IMG/VR virus record: IMGVR_UViG_3300033562_002408 | Span: 1-39,154 of that record | DNA from: a virus | Taxonomy: Duplodnaviria; Caudoviricetes | Strand: one strand, 5' to 3' | DNA: 39,154 nucleotides | Part shown: positions 9,870 through 19,294 of the stretch, one piece after another | How the letters are laid out: each line of letters opens with the position of its first letter | Position numbering within the stretch: position 1 is the first letter of the stretch | Position numbers and translations under genes: made by a program | Notes under the pieces: model-generated | Told to the model about the DNA's origin: nothing | The model's database searches: none | Seen by the model: the letters and a program-made list of their open reading frames with translations, nothing else

Positions 9870-10934
9870 TTATATCTTTTCAGAATCAAGTTCCAAAAAC
9901 TTAGCATTTATATAATTAAAAACTTCTTTTTTAATTTTTGAGGAAAAATCCATAGCTTCTAATTTAGCTTTAACCATATCAGGAATACTTTTTACTTTTG
10001 ATATGTCTTCTTGATTTATATCTTCACCAGTTTCAGAGTAATCATAATGAGTAATTACATTTACAGATAATGGAGCTCCACCCTCATATGATTCAATTAA
10101 TTCAACATAATTATTAATCTTTTTAGAATCAAAATCATGTTTTACATTTACATGAATATCAATAATATTGTTTGGGATTTCAACTTTTGTAAGATCTGTT
10201 CCAAAAGGAATCACAATATACTTCAAGGTATTCTTACTATAAACTCTTTCCCACTTTTGTGTTTCAAAATCTAATACAATAACACCTCTGTCTCCATTGG
10301 AATCATTACGATCCAAATGATATGGACAACCGATATAAGTAATTTCTTTCTTTCCAGATTTATATGTTGATGGTTCATGGAAATGTCCTGTAAATGTCAT
10401 TTTAAAATTCTTGTGGAAAAATGATTGATCGTTCCCACCTTCATTTACTTGTTTCTTATTTAACTTACAACCATTTATCGCAAAATGTCCAAATGCAATT
10501 TCTCCTTTATATTTTTTAGATTGAAATATATTGTCGGTCTGCCAAGGAAAAAATGTACAATCAACTCCAAATATATTCATTTCAGAGATTGAACTTATAA
10601 CCGTAATGTTATCAAATAATTCAAAAAATCGTAATGAATGAATTTCATTAGATGTATTAAAAAATACGTCATGATTTCCTAATAAAATTAAAACTTCAAT
10701 ATCATTTTTCTTTAATTCATTTAACACACTAAAAACTACATTTGACACTCTAACGTCTACTGAAGTACGAGTATCAAAGAAGTCGCCTAAAATAAACAAC
10801 TTCTTAATTTCATTTTCAATTAAATATGGGATAAGCTCTTTCATAAAATAATTCTCCATTGAATTAAGCATGAATAGAGCACCTTTCTTTTTACCCCAAT
10901 GAACATCTGATATTAGGCAAACCTTTTTATTCAT
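9870..10934 (-). CDS. 47: Recombination nuclease subunit, gp47/Mre11/SbcD-like
   Basis: Metallophosphoesterase motifs SDVHWG, LGDFFD, LGNHD, FGHF, GHFH. Confidence 0.93.
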   Translation of the reverse strand: MNKKVCLISDVHWGKKKGALFMLNSMENYFMKELIPYLIENEIKKLFILGDFFDTRTSVDVRVSNVVFSVLNELKKNDIEVLILLGNHDVFFNTSNEIHSLRFFELFDNITVISSISEMNIFGVDCTFFPWQTDNIFQSKKYKGEIAFGHFAINGCKLNKKQVNEGGNDQSFFHKNFKMTFTGHFHEPSTYKSGKKEITYIGCPYHLDRNDSNGDRGVIVLDFETQKWERVYSKNTLKYIVIPFGTDLTKVEIPNNIIDIHVNVKHDFDSKKINNYVELIESYEGGAPLSVNVITHYDYSETGEDINQEDISKVKSIPDMVKAKLEAMDFSSKIKKEVFNYINAKFLELDSEKI

Positions 10935-10943
10935 ATTATTCCT

Positions 10944-11432
10944 TTATTTTTGATGTCTTACTTTTCCTGAATCAATTTTAGCAGAACCTGAATTATCACT
11001 AAGCGTATATTCTAATCCATTTGTTTGCAAATGTTCTAAACTAACATAACGTTCAAATCTAAGTTTCATTCGTTTTAAATGTTGTCTAAAAACATTATAT
11101 GAAATGGTCGTAAAAAATCCAAAAGGATTTGAAAAAGCTTCATGATCATAATGTTTTAAATTTTTGATCATGACATATATTGAATCTTGTATCATTTCTT
11201 CTTTTATATCAGATGTGTAATTTCTGAAATTCCCTGATAATGCTAATTTCTCGGCAATCATCTTCAAAGCAACTCCAATTTTTTCATAGGCTTTTCTGCC
11301 TTCGCGAGATTCAGGATTATTATTGTATAAAATCAATAACTTTACTAAATCTGCATTTTTTATAAAATGATTTGAATTATCTACTAATTCAGTGATCTCT
11401 TCCTCTATATCTGGTAAACTATCTTCTTGCAT
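10944..11432 (-). CDS. 55: Late transcription sigma factor gp55-like
   Basis: HFIKNADL...IAEKLA..NFRNYT...EEMIQD...NPFGFFTTI pattern typical of gp55; located next to 46/47. Confidence 0.88.
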   Translation of the reverse strand: MQEDSLPDIEEEITELVDNSNHFIKNADLVKLLILYNNNPESREGRKAYEKIGVALKMIAEKLALSGNFRNYTSDIKEEMIQDSIYVMIKNLKHYDHEAFSNPFGFFTTISYNVFRQHLKRMKLRFERYVSLEHLQTNGLEYTLSDNSGSAKIDSGKVRHQK

Positions 11433-11445
11433 ATATATTACTCCT

Positions 11446-13233
11446 TTATTGAAATTCTATTTTTGAAAACCCATCTTCTTTTGTAACTACTATATTTCTA
11501 TCAAAAATTTCAGCATGATCGCTTAACTTATGTGAGATAATAAATGTAGTTAATTGTTCATCAGCAACAATTTTCTTTACAGTATCTAAAATCAATGTTA
11601 ATCCTTCAGAATCTATCCCACCGTCAAAAATTTCATCGAAAACTAAAAAATTTGCATTCCAATTTGATATTTTTTTACTAATTTTAATGAATGTTAATAA
11701 TACTGAGATATCAATTCGTTTCTTTTCACCTTCAGAGAATGAATAATAATTTATTTCTTCTTCACTATTTTGTATTGATTGAATAGTGTAATCAAATTCA
11801 TGATTAAATGTCAAAATATAAGGTAATTCAAATTTTGTCAAATAGTCATTAACTGAATTATTAAATATAGGAGTTATAATGTTATAAAATTCTGTCTTAA
11901 TTCCATTATCAGATAAAAGATAGTCTGTGATATCTAATACAATTTCTCTATCAGAACAAATGCTTAGTTCTTCATTTGAAGATTCTAAATTTTTATTATT
12001 ATCATCTATCAATTGTTTTGTAACGTCAATATTAATATTTAAATCTTCATTACTCTTCTTACCAAATTCTTGTTCATACTCTTCAATGTTATTTAATAAA
12101 CTAGTTATCTTAGTCTTTAAACTTTGATAAGTACTTTTAACTTGCTGCATATCTTCTAAACTTTTCTGTTTATCTGCATAATTTTCATCAACAATTTTTA
12201 TCTGATTTCGCATATCTTTACGTTCGGCAATAGCATCCCTAATAACTGAACTGAAATTATTTTGTTCCATCTTACGATGAGTTTCTGTAATATTAGTATT
12301 ACAACTAGGACATATATCATTATTATTCAATGAATCTAATATTTTTTCAGCATGCTTAATTCTTGCATTACATTCGCCAATATTGTGATTCAAAGTCTCA
12401 CGTTCTTTTACTAATTCTTTCATACCTAAATCAATGCTATCATACAAACTTCTATCAATAAATTGTTCTAAACCATCAACTCTTGCTTGTAATTTATTAA
12501 CTTCATTTTTAGTATTTGATATCTTATCTAAAATCAATTCCAAGTCTGCTTCTTTACGCTTTGTAAAATTTTCTATAGCTTCTTTAGAACTATCAAATTG
12601 TTTAATTAACTGAGCCAACATACTAGTATATAAACTAACTGAATTACTTGCATTCAATAATTTAGATTTATTCTCACTCTTGTCCATTTTTACAAGTTTC
12701 ATCAAATCACCAATCATTTCTAAATTGAATACTGATTCGATTAATCTTCTTTTATCACCAGCAGATAAAGCAAGGAATGGTTTAGAATGACTTGCTGAAC
12801 TTGCAATCGCAACAATATGTTTAAATGTATTAAAATCAATTCCGAAGATTTTATCAATCTCTTCTTGATCCAATGCTTTTGAAGACAACAATTCTTGATC
12901 AACATAGTCTTTGGAGTGGGGGTCTCGTTTTTCTATTTTTATAGAATTTGGATGTAAGGTCCTGGTAATTCTATAGTCAACCAAGTTCTGTTGGAAGTAT
13001 ACTTGTACAAATAAATTCTTTTTATTTTTTCGATTCAATAATTGATTAATTTTTACTTTCCTGTAAGGTTTTCCATAAAGAGCAAATGTTATTGCATCGA
13101 GGAATGAACTTTTACCACATCCGTTAGCTCCACTTAAAGAGATTAACCCAGGAGTAGATAATTCTAATACTGTTTCTTTATTTCCATAAGATAAAAAGTT
13201 TCTGAAAATAATTTTTTGAAACGTAATCTTCAT
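11446..13233 (-). CDS. 46: Recombination ATPase subunit, gp46/Rad50/SbcC-like
   Basis: RNFLSYG, Walker A GANGCGKS, zinc hook CPSC, signature FSEGEKKR, LVFDEIFD, ISH; start moved to 13233 (GGAGG SD). Confidence 0.95.
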   Translation of the reverse strand: MKITFQKIIFRNFLSYGNKETVLELSTPGLISLSGANGCGKSSFLDAITFALYGKPYRKVKINQLLNRKNKKNLFVQVYFQQNLVDYRITRTLHPNSIKIEKRDPHSKDYVDQELLSSKALDQEEIDKIFGIDFNTFKHIVAIASSASHSKPFLALSAGDKRRLIESVFNLEMIGDLMKLVKMDKSENKSKLLNASNSVSLYTSMLAQLIKQFDSSKEAIENFTKRKEADLELILDKISNTKNEVNKLQARVDGLEQFIDRSLYDSIDLGMKELVKERETLNHNIGECNARIKHAEKILDSLNNNDICPSCNTNITETHRKMEQNNFSSVIRDAIAERKDMRNQIKIVDENYADKQKSLEDMQQVKSTYQSLKTKITSLLNNIEEYEQEFGKKSNEDLNINIDVTKQLIDDNNKNLESSNEELSICSDREIVLDITDYLLSDNGIKTEFYNIITPIFNNSVNDYLTKFELPYILTFNHEFDYTIQSIQNSEEEINYYSFSEGEKKRIDISVLLTFIKISKKISNWNANFLVFDEIFDGGIDSEGLTLILDTVKKIVADEQLTTFIISHKLSDHAEIFDRNIVVTKEDGFSKIEFQ

Positions 13234-13562
13234 GCAACCTCCTTTCATTGTATTTTAATATAACATTTTATTTTAAAATAGTTCTATGATTAATTGTATG
13301 TCTTGTAACAACCTTTGTTATGAATCCAATTCATCTTTCCAATACTAAAATAGTTTTCATTTTTAATACTTCATTAAAAATCATTTACTTAAATACCTTT
13401 ATTAAGAATTACTAATATCCCTTTTAATAATATTATAAAAATAAATAAAAAAATAATTGTTTTGAACTCGTTGCTATAATAAAGATATTGAAAATGAATA
13501 AATAGAAATAAAGGTAGATCATTTGAACAAAAAGAGATTATATTTGAAAGGTAAGGTTCAAG

Positions 13563-14042
13563 ATGGCAAAGGCAAAGAAAGAAAAAGTAAATCATGCATG
13601 GATATGGCAAGATGACTTATTTGATGGGAAAATCGATGAGTGGTATGGATTTATATATATGATCCGTGATCATGAGAGAAATAAGTATTATGTTGGGGAG
13701 AAATCGTTTTGGAGTTTTAAAGTGCCTAAGGGAAAGATTAATAAAGTCAAGTCTGAGAGTGAGTGGCGTAGATACCCAAGTTCAAACGCAGAGCTTTCAT
13801 GTCGAGTGAAGTCTAGTGGAGAGTTGTGTAATGAGAAGTATAGTTTTGAAATTTTAGCATTATGTAAAGATAAATCAGTAATGCATTTTGAAGAAGCATA
13901 TTGGATTTTTAATAAAAATTGTTTAGTGACTGACAATTGTTATAATGACAATGTCAAAATAAATCGCATAGGAAGTATTGCTAATTATTCTGAAAGAGTC
14001 TTAAGAAGCACAACATGTAACACTATTGAGTTAATGAAATAA
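13563..14042 (+). CDS. GIY-YIG family endonuclease
   Basis: YGFIYMI...KYYVGEK...ESEWRRY, conserved Glu (FEE) and YN. Confidence 0.75.
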   Translation: MAKAKKEKVNHAWIWQDDLFDGKIDEWYGFIYMIRDHERNKYYVGEKSFWSFKVPKGKINKVKSESEWRRYPSSNAELSCRVKSSGELCNEKYSFEILALCKDKSVMHFEEAYWIFNKNCLVTDNCYNDNVKINRIGSIANYSERVLRSTTCNTIELMK

Positions 14043-14054
14043 GGATAGTATAAA

Positions 14055-14975
14055 ATGAAGCGTTCAGAATTAAAACAAATTATTAAAGAAGTGATTGAGG
14101 AATCTAATATATTAGGCAAGACAAAATTGAAGATTTATCATGGAGATAATTTTGGATTGACTGACATAAATTCTAATTTCAGATTAATGAGTCTTGAAAA
14201 TTCAAACCAACAAGAAGGTCCAGGAATTTATTTTTCAACAAATAAAGAAACTGCAGAACACTATGGTAGTAAAGTAGTTTCAATAGAAATTGATCTAGTA
14301 AGATTCATGAGTTCGAGAGAAAAGATTTCAAAATATTTATCAACTAAAGTAATAAAAACAATACTAATGAATATATCAGAAAACGATGATAAGTTTTTGG
14401 ATATATTATCAGATTATGGCGAAGATGTATCATCTTATTCCAAAGTTCCTTCATTATATTGGGATAAATTATCTAAGATGATGGGAATTGAACAAGTAAG
14501 AAATTTTCTAATAACATTATGTGAATATACTTCAGTAGAAAATGTAATTACAAGTTTTACTAATAATTGTGCATATTATGGAACACAAAATAAACAAAAC
14601 GAAGATAATATTTGGTTTGCTGTATTTAAAACTGATAGTCATATAATAGAGGAGAATTTAAAATCAAAAATTCAACAGGAATCTGTTGAATCTGAAAAAC
14701 ACAATTGGATGAAACATGTGCAGAAAGAGATTGAAAATGAATTGAGTAAGCTGAATGCTAGATATAGTAAGTTATATTCGGATTTACTAGATTTATCAGA
14801 TAGTGGTGATTTCACATCAACAGATGTTAGTGCTAGGAAAGCTGAACTTCGTCAGATAAAAATTGATGAACATCTAATTAAGAAACTATATGATAATGTT
14901 GGTGATTTTTATGATGGTTTTAAAAATAAGTCAGGGAAAGAAATTATTGATAGTATTTTGAAAAAAGAAAAATAA
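14055..14975 (+). CDS. ELKQII-leader protein with ADP-ribosyltransferase-like domain
   Basis: MKRSELKQIIKEVIEE then KIYHG...EGPGIYFSTNKETAEHYG (ART-like YHG / GxGIYF / AxxY). Confidence 0.6.
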   Translation: MKRSELKQIIKEVIEESNILGKTKLKIYHGDNFGLTDINSNFRLMSLENSNQQEGPGIYFSTNKETAEHYGSKVVSIEIDLVRFMSSREKISKYLSTKVIKTILMNISENDDKFLDILSDYGEDVSSYSKVPSLYWDKLSKMMGIEQVRNFLITLCEYTSVENVITSFTNNCAYYGTQNKQNEDNIWFAVFKTDSHIIEENLKSKIQQESVESEKHNWMKHVQKEIENELSKLNARYSKLYSDLLDLSDSGDFTSTDVSARKAELRQIKIDEHLIKKLYDNVGDFYDGFKNKSGKEIIDSILKKEK

Positions 14976-14989
14976 GAAGGAGAATTATT

Positions 14990-15604
14990 ATGGTTATTAC
15001 TAAAGATCAATTTAAAGAATTATTTCCAGTTGCAAAACCAGGAGCATATGAAGCATTGATAAAAGTTATGTCAGAAAATGGAATAACTACATTAGCAAGA
15101 GTTGCTGCATTCTTATCTCAAACAGGAGTAGAATCAGCAGGGTTTTCTACATATATTGAAAACTTAAATTATTCTGCAGAAAGACTTCCTGTAATTTGGC
15201 CTAAACACTTTACTAAAGAGACTGCAAAAAAATATGCAAGAAAACCAGATATGATTGCAAATAAAGCATACGGAGGTCGCATGGGTAATGGGCCTGAATC
15301 TAGTGGTGAAGGTTGGATTTATAGAGGAAGAGGATTTATTCAATGTACAGGAAAAGACAATTATACTAAATTAGGAAAGTCACTTGGAATGACTCCCTTA
15401 GAGGCTTCTAAGTTTTGTGAAACTATTGAAGGTGCGGCTGCAAGCGCTGCATGGTATTGGACTATTAATAATCTAAATAAATTTGCTGATAAAGGAGACT
15501 TGCCTGGATTGACAAAAGCTATTAATGGTGGCCATCATGGATTAGATACTCGTATTTCAATGAATACAAAAATAGTTGAATTAATAAAAGTAAATTTTAA
15601 ATAA
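14990..15604 (+). CDS. Glycoside hydrolase family 19 endolysin
   Basis: AAFLSQTGVES, ENLNYS, YRGRGFIQCTGKDNY, AAWYW, INGG..G. Confidence 0.92.
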   Translation: MVITKDQFKELFPVAKPGAYEALIKVMSENGITTLARVAAFLSQTGVESAGFSTYIENLNYSAERLPVIWPKHFTKETAKKYARKPDMIANKAYGGRMGNGPESSGEGWIYRGRGFIQCTGKDNYTKLGKSLGMTPLEASKFCETIEGAAASAAWYWTINNLNKFADKGDLPGLTKAINGGHHGLDTRISMNTKIVELIKVNFK

Positions 15605-15643
15605 TTTAAAACTAAAAAGTAAGAAAAAAAAACAAATATTTCA

Positions 15644-15778
15644 TTTGTTTTTCTCTAACTTGTTTTATATCATATACTTATATCATTTTATTAATCTTTA
15701 TAAGTATATGATATAAAACAAGTTAGAGATATTACTCATTTTTTAATGGATATATCTTACTTTTTTAATGATTTTTTA
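15644..15778. repeat. Palindromic element copy 2, loop inverted relative to copy 1
   Basis: Arms 15655-15682 and 15699-15726 are identical to copy 1; loop tcattttattaatctt is the reverse complement of the copy 1 loop; tail in the same orientation. Confidence 0.9.
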
Positions 15779-15825
15779 GAGAAACTAAAAAATATCATAT
15801 ATTTTATGAAATAATGCAAGTAAAA

Positions 15826-15833
15826 TATAAATA
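15826..15833 (+). promoter_or_regulatory. T4-type late promoter TATAAATA
   Basis: Exact motif upstream of a short ORF-free structured tract. Confidence 0.5.
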
Positions 15834-15837
15834 GAAT

Positions 15838-15950
15838 TAGAAATATCCATATATCCTTGCTCGTCAGGATAGGCTGCATAACTCTTTCCAAGAGGTAGTT
15901 ATTTCGTATCTAGAAAAGGAGAAACTATCTTGAAAATAGTTTCTCCTTTT
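15838..15950 (+). ncRNA. Candidate small structured late RNA
   Basis: Between TATAAATA and a terminator; locally GC-richer; two hairpins (15852-15871, 15878-15902); no ORF. Confidence 0.35.
15914..15950. terminator. Bidirectional intrinsic terminator
   Basis: aaaaggagaaactat-cttgaaa-atagtttctcctttt between convergent units. Confidence 0.85.
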
Positions 15951-16091
15951 TATTTTATAGATAATTATTCATTATAAAAACGATCCATAACGATAATCAT
16001 TCCAACTCTAACAATAATGTTAAATTGATCTTCATCATATACTTTAAATGCATAATTCGGTTTTTTGTTATCATAAATCATAAATCATCCT

Positions 16092-16451
16092 TTAATTTAA
16101 TAATTCAAGTTTATATTCTAAATTTAATTTGGACACAATTTTATCTACTTCAAGTATTACTGCTTTGTTATTAACAAACTTTCTTACCTTATTATGTTTA
16201 ATATTGTTACAGAAATTTTTTGTTACGTCTTCAATAGTATCAGCCGAAACAAATTTAGTATCATAAATACTCCACCAATGTGGCATTTCAAAACCATCAA
16301 CCCAAACATTCCATTTTTTAGTTTCAAATTCATTAATTATTTTAGGAATAAATAATTTTACTTTAACATGTCTCTTATAAATACCTAAACTATCACAAAT
16401 ACTTTTCTTTATAACTGTACCGTTAATTCTAATTAATTTTGCAGTTTCCAT
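16092..16451 (-). CDS. Hypothetical protein, C-terminal YKLELL family
   Basis: Ends LEYKLELLN; N-terminus similar to ORFs 16699 and 18209. Confidence 0.75.
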   Translation of the reverse strand: METAKLIRINGTVIKKSICDSLGIYKRHVKVKLFIPKIINEFETKKWNVWVDGFEMPHWWSIYDTKFVSADTIEDVTKNFCNNIKHNKVRKFVNNKAVILEVDKIVSKLNLEYKLELLN

Positions 16452-16464
16452 TAATTACTCCAAG

Positions 16465-16689
16465 TTATTCAAAATATTTCTTCAAATGAAAGATTGAAAT
16501 TGCAAAACAATCTGGAGAGTCATGTCCAATTAAATAATGATTCCAGTCAGACTTGAAACTAATTACTTCATTTTCAGGAATATGTTTTTCAACAATTTCC
16601 CAAAGTATTTTTGCTTTATGTTGATTGTGTTCTCTACGACACATAACATTATTTCTAAAATTATTGAACACATCTAATTTGTTTTTCAT
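16465..16689 (-). CDS. Hypothetical protein
   Basis: SD AAGGA; tightly packed in minus-strand cluster. Confidence 0.65.
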   Translation of the reverse strand: MKNKLDVFNNFRNNVMCRREHNQHKAKILWEIVEKHIPENEVISFKSDWNHYLIGHDSPDCFAISIFHLKKYFE

Positions 16690-16698
16690 AATATTCCT

Positions 16699-17088
16699 TT
16701 ACATTGTTAATGTATCTAATTTATCTAGCAACTGAAGATTTTCAATTAAAGTTTCAAACCTGATTTTTTGACTAGAGTCCAAAGGCCAATTACATCTACT
16801 GCTTCTTAAAATAAAACCACCCAGACCTGAATAAAAATCTGTAGATGAAATTTTAATAATATCATCAACATTTTCAAATACTATTAGATATGCTTCATCA
16901 GCTTTCCAAAAAATTGTGAGTTCCCATTCATTAATCAAAATGCCATATAATAAGTTTTTTGTTTGATAATCTTTTACAATTTTTACTTTTAAGTATTTAG
17001 TGTTAATTCCTAAAATATTAGCAAGTGATTTTTTTACTTTACTGTTTGTAATTAATTTTTTATCAATCATAAGAAGTTCTTTAATCAA
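16699..17088 (-). CDS. Hypothetical protein, C-terminal KLxxL family
   Basis: ITNSKVKKSLANILGI similar to 16092 and 18209; ends LLDKLDTL; start uncertain. Confidence 0.7.
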   Translation of the reverse strand: MIKELLMIDKKLITNSKVKKSLANILGINTKYLKVKIVKDYQTKNLLYGILINEWELTIFWKADEAYLIVFENVDDIIKISSTDFYSGLGGFILRSSRCNWPLDSSQKIRFETLIENLQLLDKLDTLTM

Positions 17089-17860
17089 CTAGTTCATGTA
17101 GAAGGTCATTTAGTTTTTTCCAATCAGGTGCATATTGCAGAGTACTTTGTTCATAAACAGTTTTAAGTTTTTGTTCTTTTCCACGAGCGATTTCTTTGAT
17201 TTCACCAAGAGTATATTTTCCTGTTCTGATTTCTTTCAGAAGATCGGTGTTATCAAGTCTCAGGTTCATAGTAGTATGTTCAAGAGCATAGATACCTTGA
17301 TCAAGCAGTCTGATAGTATGATAGGCATTCTTAGTTGAATATCCATTTTCCTCAACATCAGATTTTCTTTTAGAATTTTCATAAGTTTTCTTTTCAAGTT
17401 TGCTTAGTTGAGCAAATGCATATCCAGAATAAGTATGATAGATTTTCTTTGAAAGGAAAAGATCACGGTTGTCTCTCACAAGTTTTGCTTTTGGACTTAG
17501 ATGAATTAGACAATCATCTGGTACAAATAGAGAATCAATCATATTAGGATTATTTTCTGCTACAAGTTGAAAATATTTTACAACATTGTAAACATTAACA
17601 TCATATTCCTGCTCACCTTTCATGATATGATGTTTCTGAAATGAATCAGAAAAATTTGGTTTTAGTCCAAAACCAATATATCCAGTAAGATGAGGATAAA
17701 CTACTTCTTTTTGTGGAATTGCGAATGAATAAATATCCACATCAGACATATTAGTACTTACACCATAAGCAACTGATCCCATGATTACTTCATAATGAAT
17801 ATCAGAAAGGTGTGCTGGAACTTCATCGGTTACTTCTTGAATTCTTTTTACATCAATCAT
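17081..17860 (-). CDS. Pol-beta superfamily nucleotidyltransferase (RlaP/YcgL/NrdC.11-like)
   Basis: GSVAYG....SDVD motif, NNPNMIDSLF, YSGYA..Q, K.AYH.IRL. Confidence 0.85.
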   Translation of the reverse strand: MIDVKRIQEVTDEVPAHLSDIHYEVIMGSVAYGVSTNMSDVDIYSFAIPQKEVVYPHLTGYIGFGLKPNFSDSFQKHHIMKGEQEYDVNVYNVVKYFQLVAENNPNMIDSLFVPDDCLIHLSPKAKLVRDNRDLFLSKKIYHTYSGYAFAQLSKLEKKTYENSKRKSDVEENGYSTKNAYHTIRLLDQGIYALEHTTMNLRLDNTDLLKEIRTGKYTLGEIKEIARGKEQKLKTVYEQSTLQYAPDWKKLNDLLHELVD

Positions 17861-17910
17861 ATTTAATTTCCTTTAGTTAATTTCAATTTTTCTTTTTTTA
17901 AATAAAGTTA

Positions 17911-18138
17911 TTATCTCATAAGTTCTTGGTTCATAAATTCTTTAGAGGGCAGATCTCCTCCAAATTCAGTTTCACCCATCAATCGTTCGATCATAGCACA
18001 ACGTTTACATCTGAATTCACCAGTATTATGTTGAGAGTACCAGCCGTTAGAAACATTATCATCAGAACAAGAGTCTCTATCATGCTCAGGACGAACCAAA
18101 TTTAAAACTTCAAGCTGTTCGTAATTTAATTTTGACAT
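17911..18138 (-). CDS. Small putative zinc-binding protein
   Basis: H....C and CKRC; follows repeated promoter motif. Confidence 0.65.
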   Translation of the reverse strand: MSKLNYEQLEVLNLVRPEHDRDSCSDDNVSNGWYSQHNTGEFRCKRCAMIERLMGETEFGGDLPSKEFMNQELMR

Positions 18139-18164
18139 TTTAATTTCCTTTGTTAATTAACCAT

Positions 18165-18204
18165 TCCTTATATTAGTAATATAACCCAAAATAAAAAAAG
18201 TACT
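18165..18204 (-). promoter_or_regulatory. Repeated putative early promoter motif
   Basis: AGTACTTTTTTTATTTTGGGTTATATTACTAATATAAGGA. Confidence 0.75.
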
Positions 18205-18208
18205 AAAA

Positions 18209-18556
18209 TTAATTAATACTTTTTAGAAGTTCAAGTTTATATTGTAATTGATGTTTTTCTAGTAAATAGTCAATATGAATAACAGTACTTTTTGATCCAA
18301 TGCCTATTCTGTATGTTGTATGTATAACTATTTGTCCTTTAAGTTTGTTTAAAAATAAATTAGATGCTTCCTGAAACTGTTCTTTAGTATATTCGCTATT
18401 TTGCTTAGGAATACTCCACATCACTGGCATTTTATAATTATCAACATATACAATCCAACCTGTTGAATTATTTCTTACAATCTTTATTAGTTCTTTATGA
18501 ACACCTAATGTTTTTGAAAGATTTTTCTTTAAAATATTTCCTGTTATTTTTTTCAT
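18209..18556 (-). CDS. Hypothetical protein, C-terminal YKLELL family
   Basis: Ends LQYKLELLKSIN. Confidence 0.75.
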   Translation of the reverse strand: MKKITGNILKKNLSKTLGVHKELIKIVRNNSTGWIVYVDNYKMPVMWSIPKQNSEYTKEQFQEASNLFLNKLKGQIVIHTTYRIGIGSKSTVIHIDYLLEKHQLQYKLELLKSIN

Positions 18557-19008
18557 TTAGTTTCACTTTCATTTGATTCTGGAAAAAGAATGTTTAGTTT
18601 CTCTTCAAGAATATTAAATTCTCTTGTCCAGTTATTTCCATGTCTATTTTTTATTAATTCAATTGTTATTGTATTATGATCTAGTGTACCAATAATAACT
18701 ACATTACTTTTATACGCTAACCTGTGATGTTCAATCATTGGTGTTCGTGATCTTGTTGTTTTGATGAAACAAAAATGATTTTGTTGAAGATCTAATAAGT
18801 CTAATGAATTGTCATTCATGTCTTTCATATAATTCCAAGAATTATATGTAAATTCAGTTCCTATGCATTCAAAATATTTTTTCAAAACAGGAGTATTTAT
18901 CATTATAGTACAAAGACCATAATAATTAACAATTGTTTTATTGAAAAGTTTTATTTTATCATATTTTAGTTCAATTGAATGTAGATCAAAACTAATGTTA
19001 TCAATCAT
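18553..19008 (-). CDS. Hypothetical protein
   Basis: SD AAGGA; C-terminal IELIKNRHG recalls the DnaB-type terminal strand; no Walker motifs. Confidence 0.65.
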   Translation of the reverse strand: MIDNISFDLHSIELKYDKIKLFNKTIVNYYGLCTIMINTPVLKKYFECIGTEFTYNSWNYMKDMNDNSLDLLDLQQNHFCFIKTTRSRTPMIEHHRLAYKSNVVIIGTLDHNTITIELIKNRHGNNWTREFNILEEKLNILFPESNESETK

Positions 19009-19009
19009 A

Positions 19010-19285
19010 TTAATTCCTTATAGATTTAAAATATTGATCATGAACTTTTTTAAGATTTTGTAGAGAGTAATCTCCTTCAAGATTCTTTTCAAAGTATTGA
19101 ATGATTTTTTGTCCTTCCTCAAGGGAGTCAATGAAAACAATAAGAGGTGCTGATGTATTAGGTTTAAAGAAGATCGAGAATTTTCTTGAAACTTTTCCAA
19201 GATGTTTGTTTCCAACAATTGCAAACATTTCAGTTTCAAATTTTGGTCGTACATTAAATGTACCAGTTCTAAAAGAGACTTGCAT
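19010..19285 (-). CDS. Hypothetical protein
   Basis: SD AAGGA; packed between neighbours. Confidence 0.65.
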   Translation of the reverse strand: MQVSFRTGTFNVRPKFETEMFAIVGNKHLGKVSRKFSIFFKPNTSAPLIVFIDSLEEGQKIIQYFEKNLEGDYSLQNLKKVHDQYFKSIRN

Positions 19286-19294
19286 TTTAATTCC

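Noticed and set aside
13260-13560. AT-rich divergent intergenic region and 73-aa ORF 13389-13610
   Set aside because: No iterons or clear structure seen; ORF lacks an SD and overlaps the GIY-YIG gene.
15845-15912. Hammerhead-like CUGACGA and CGAAA words on the minus strand
   Set aside because: Stems I and II do not pair and the would-be cleavage triplet ends in G.
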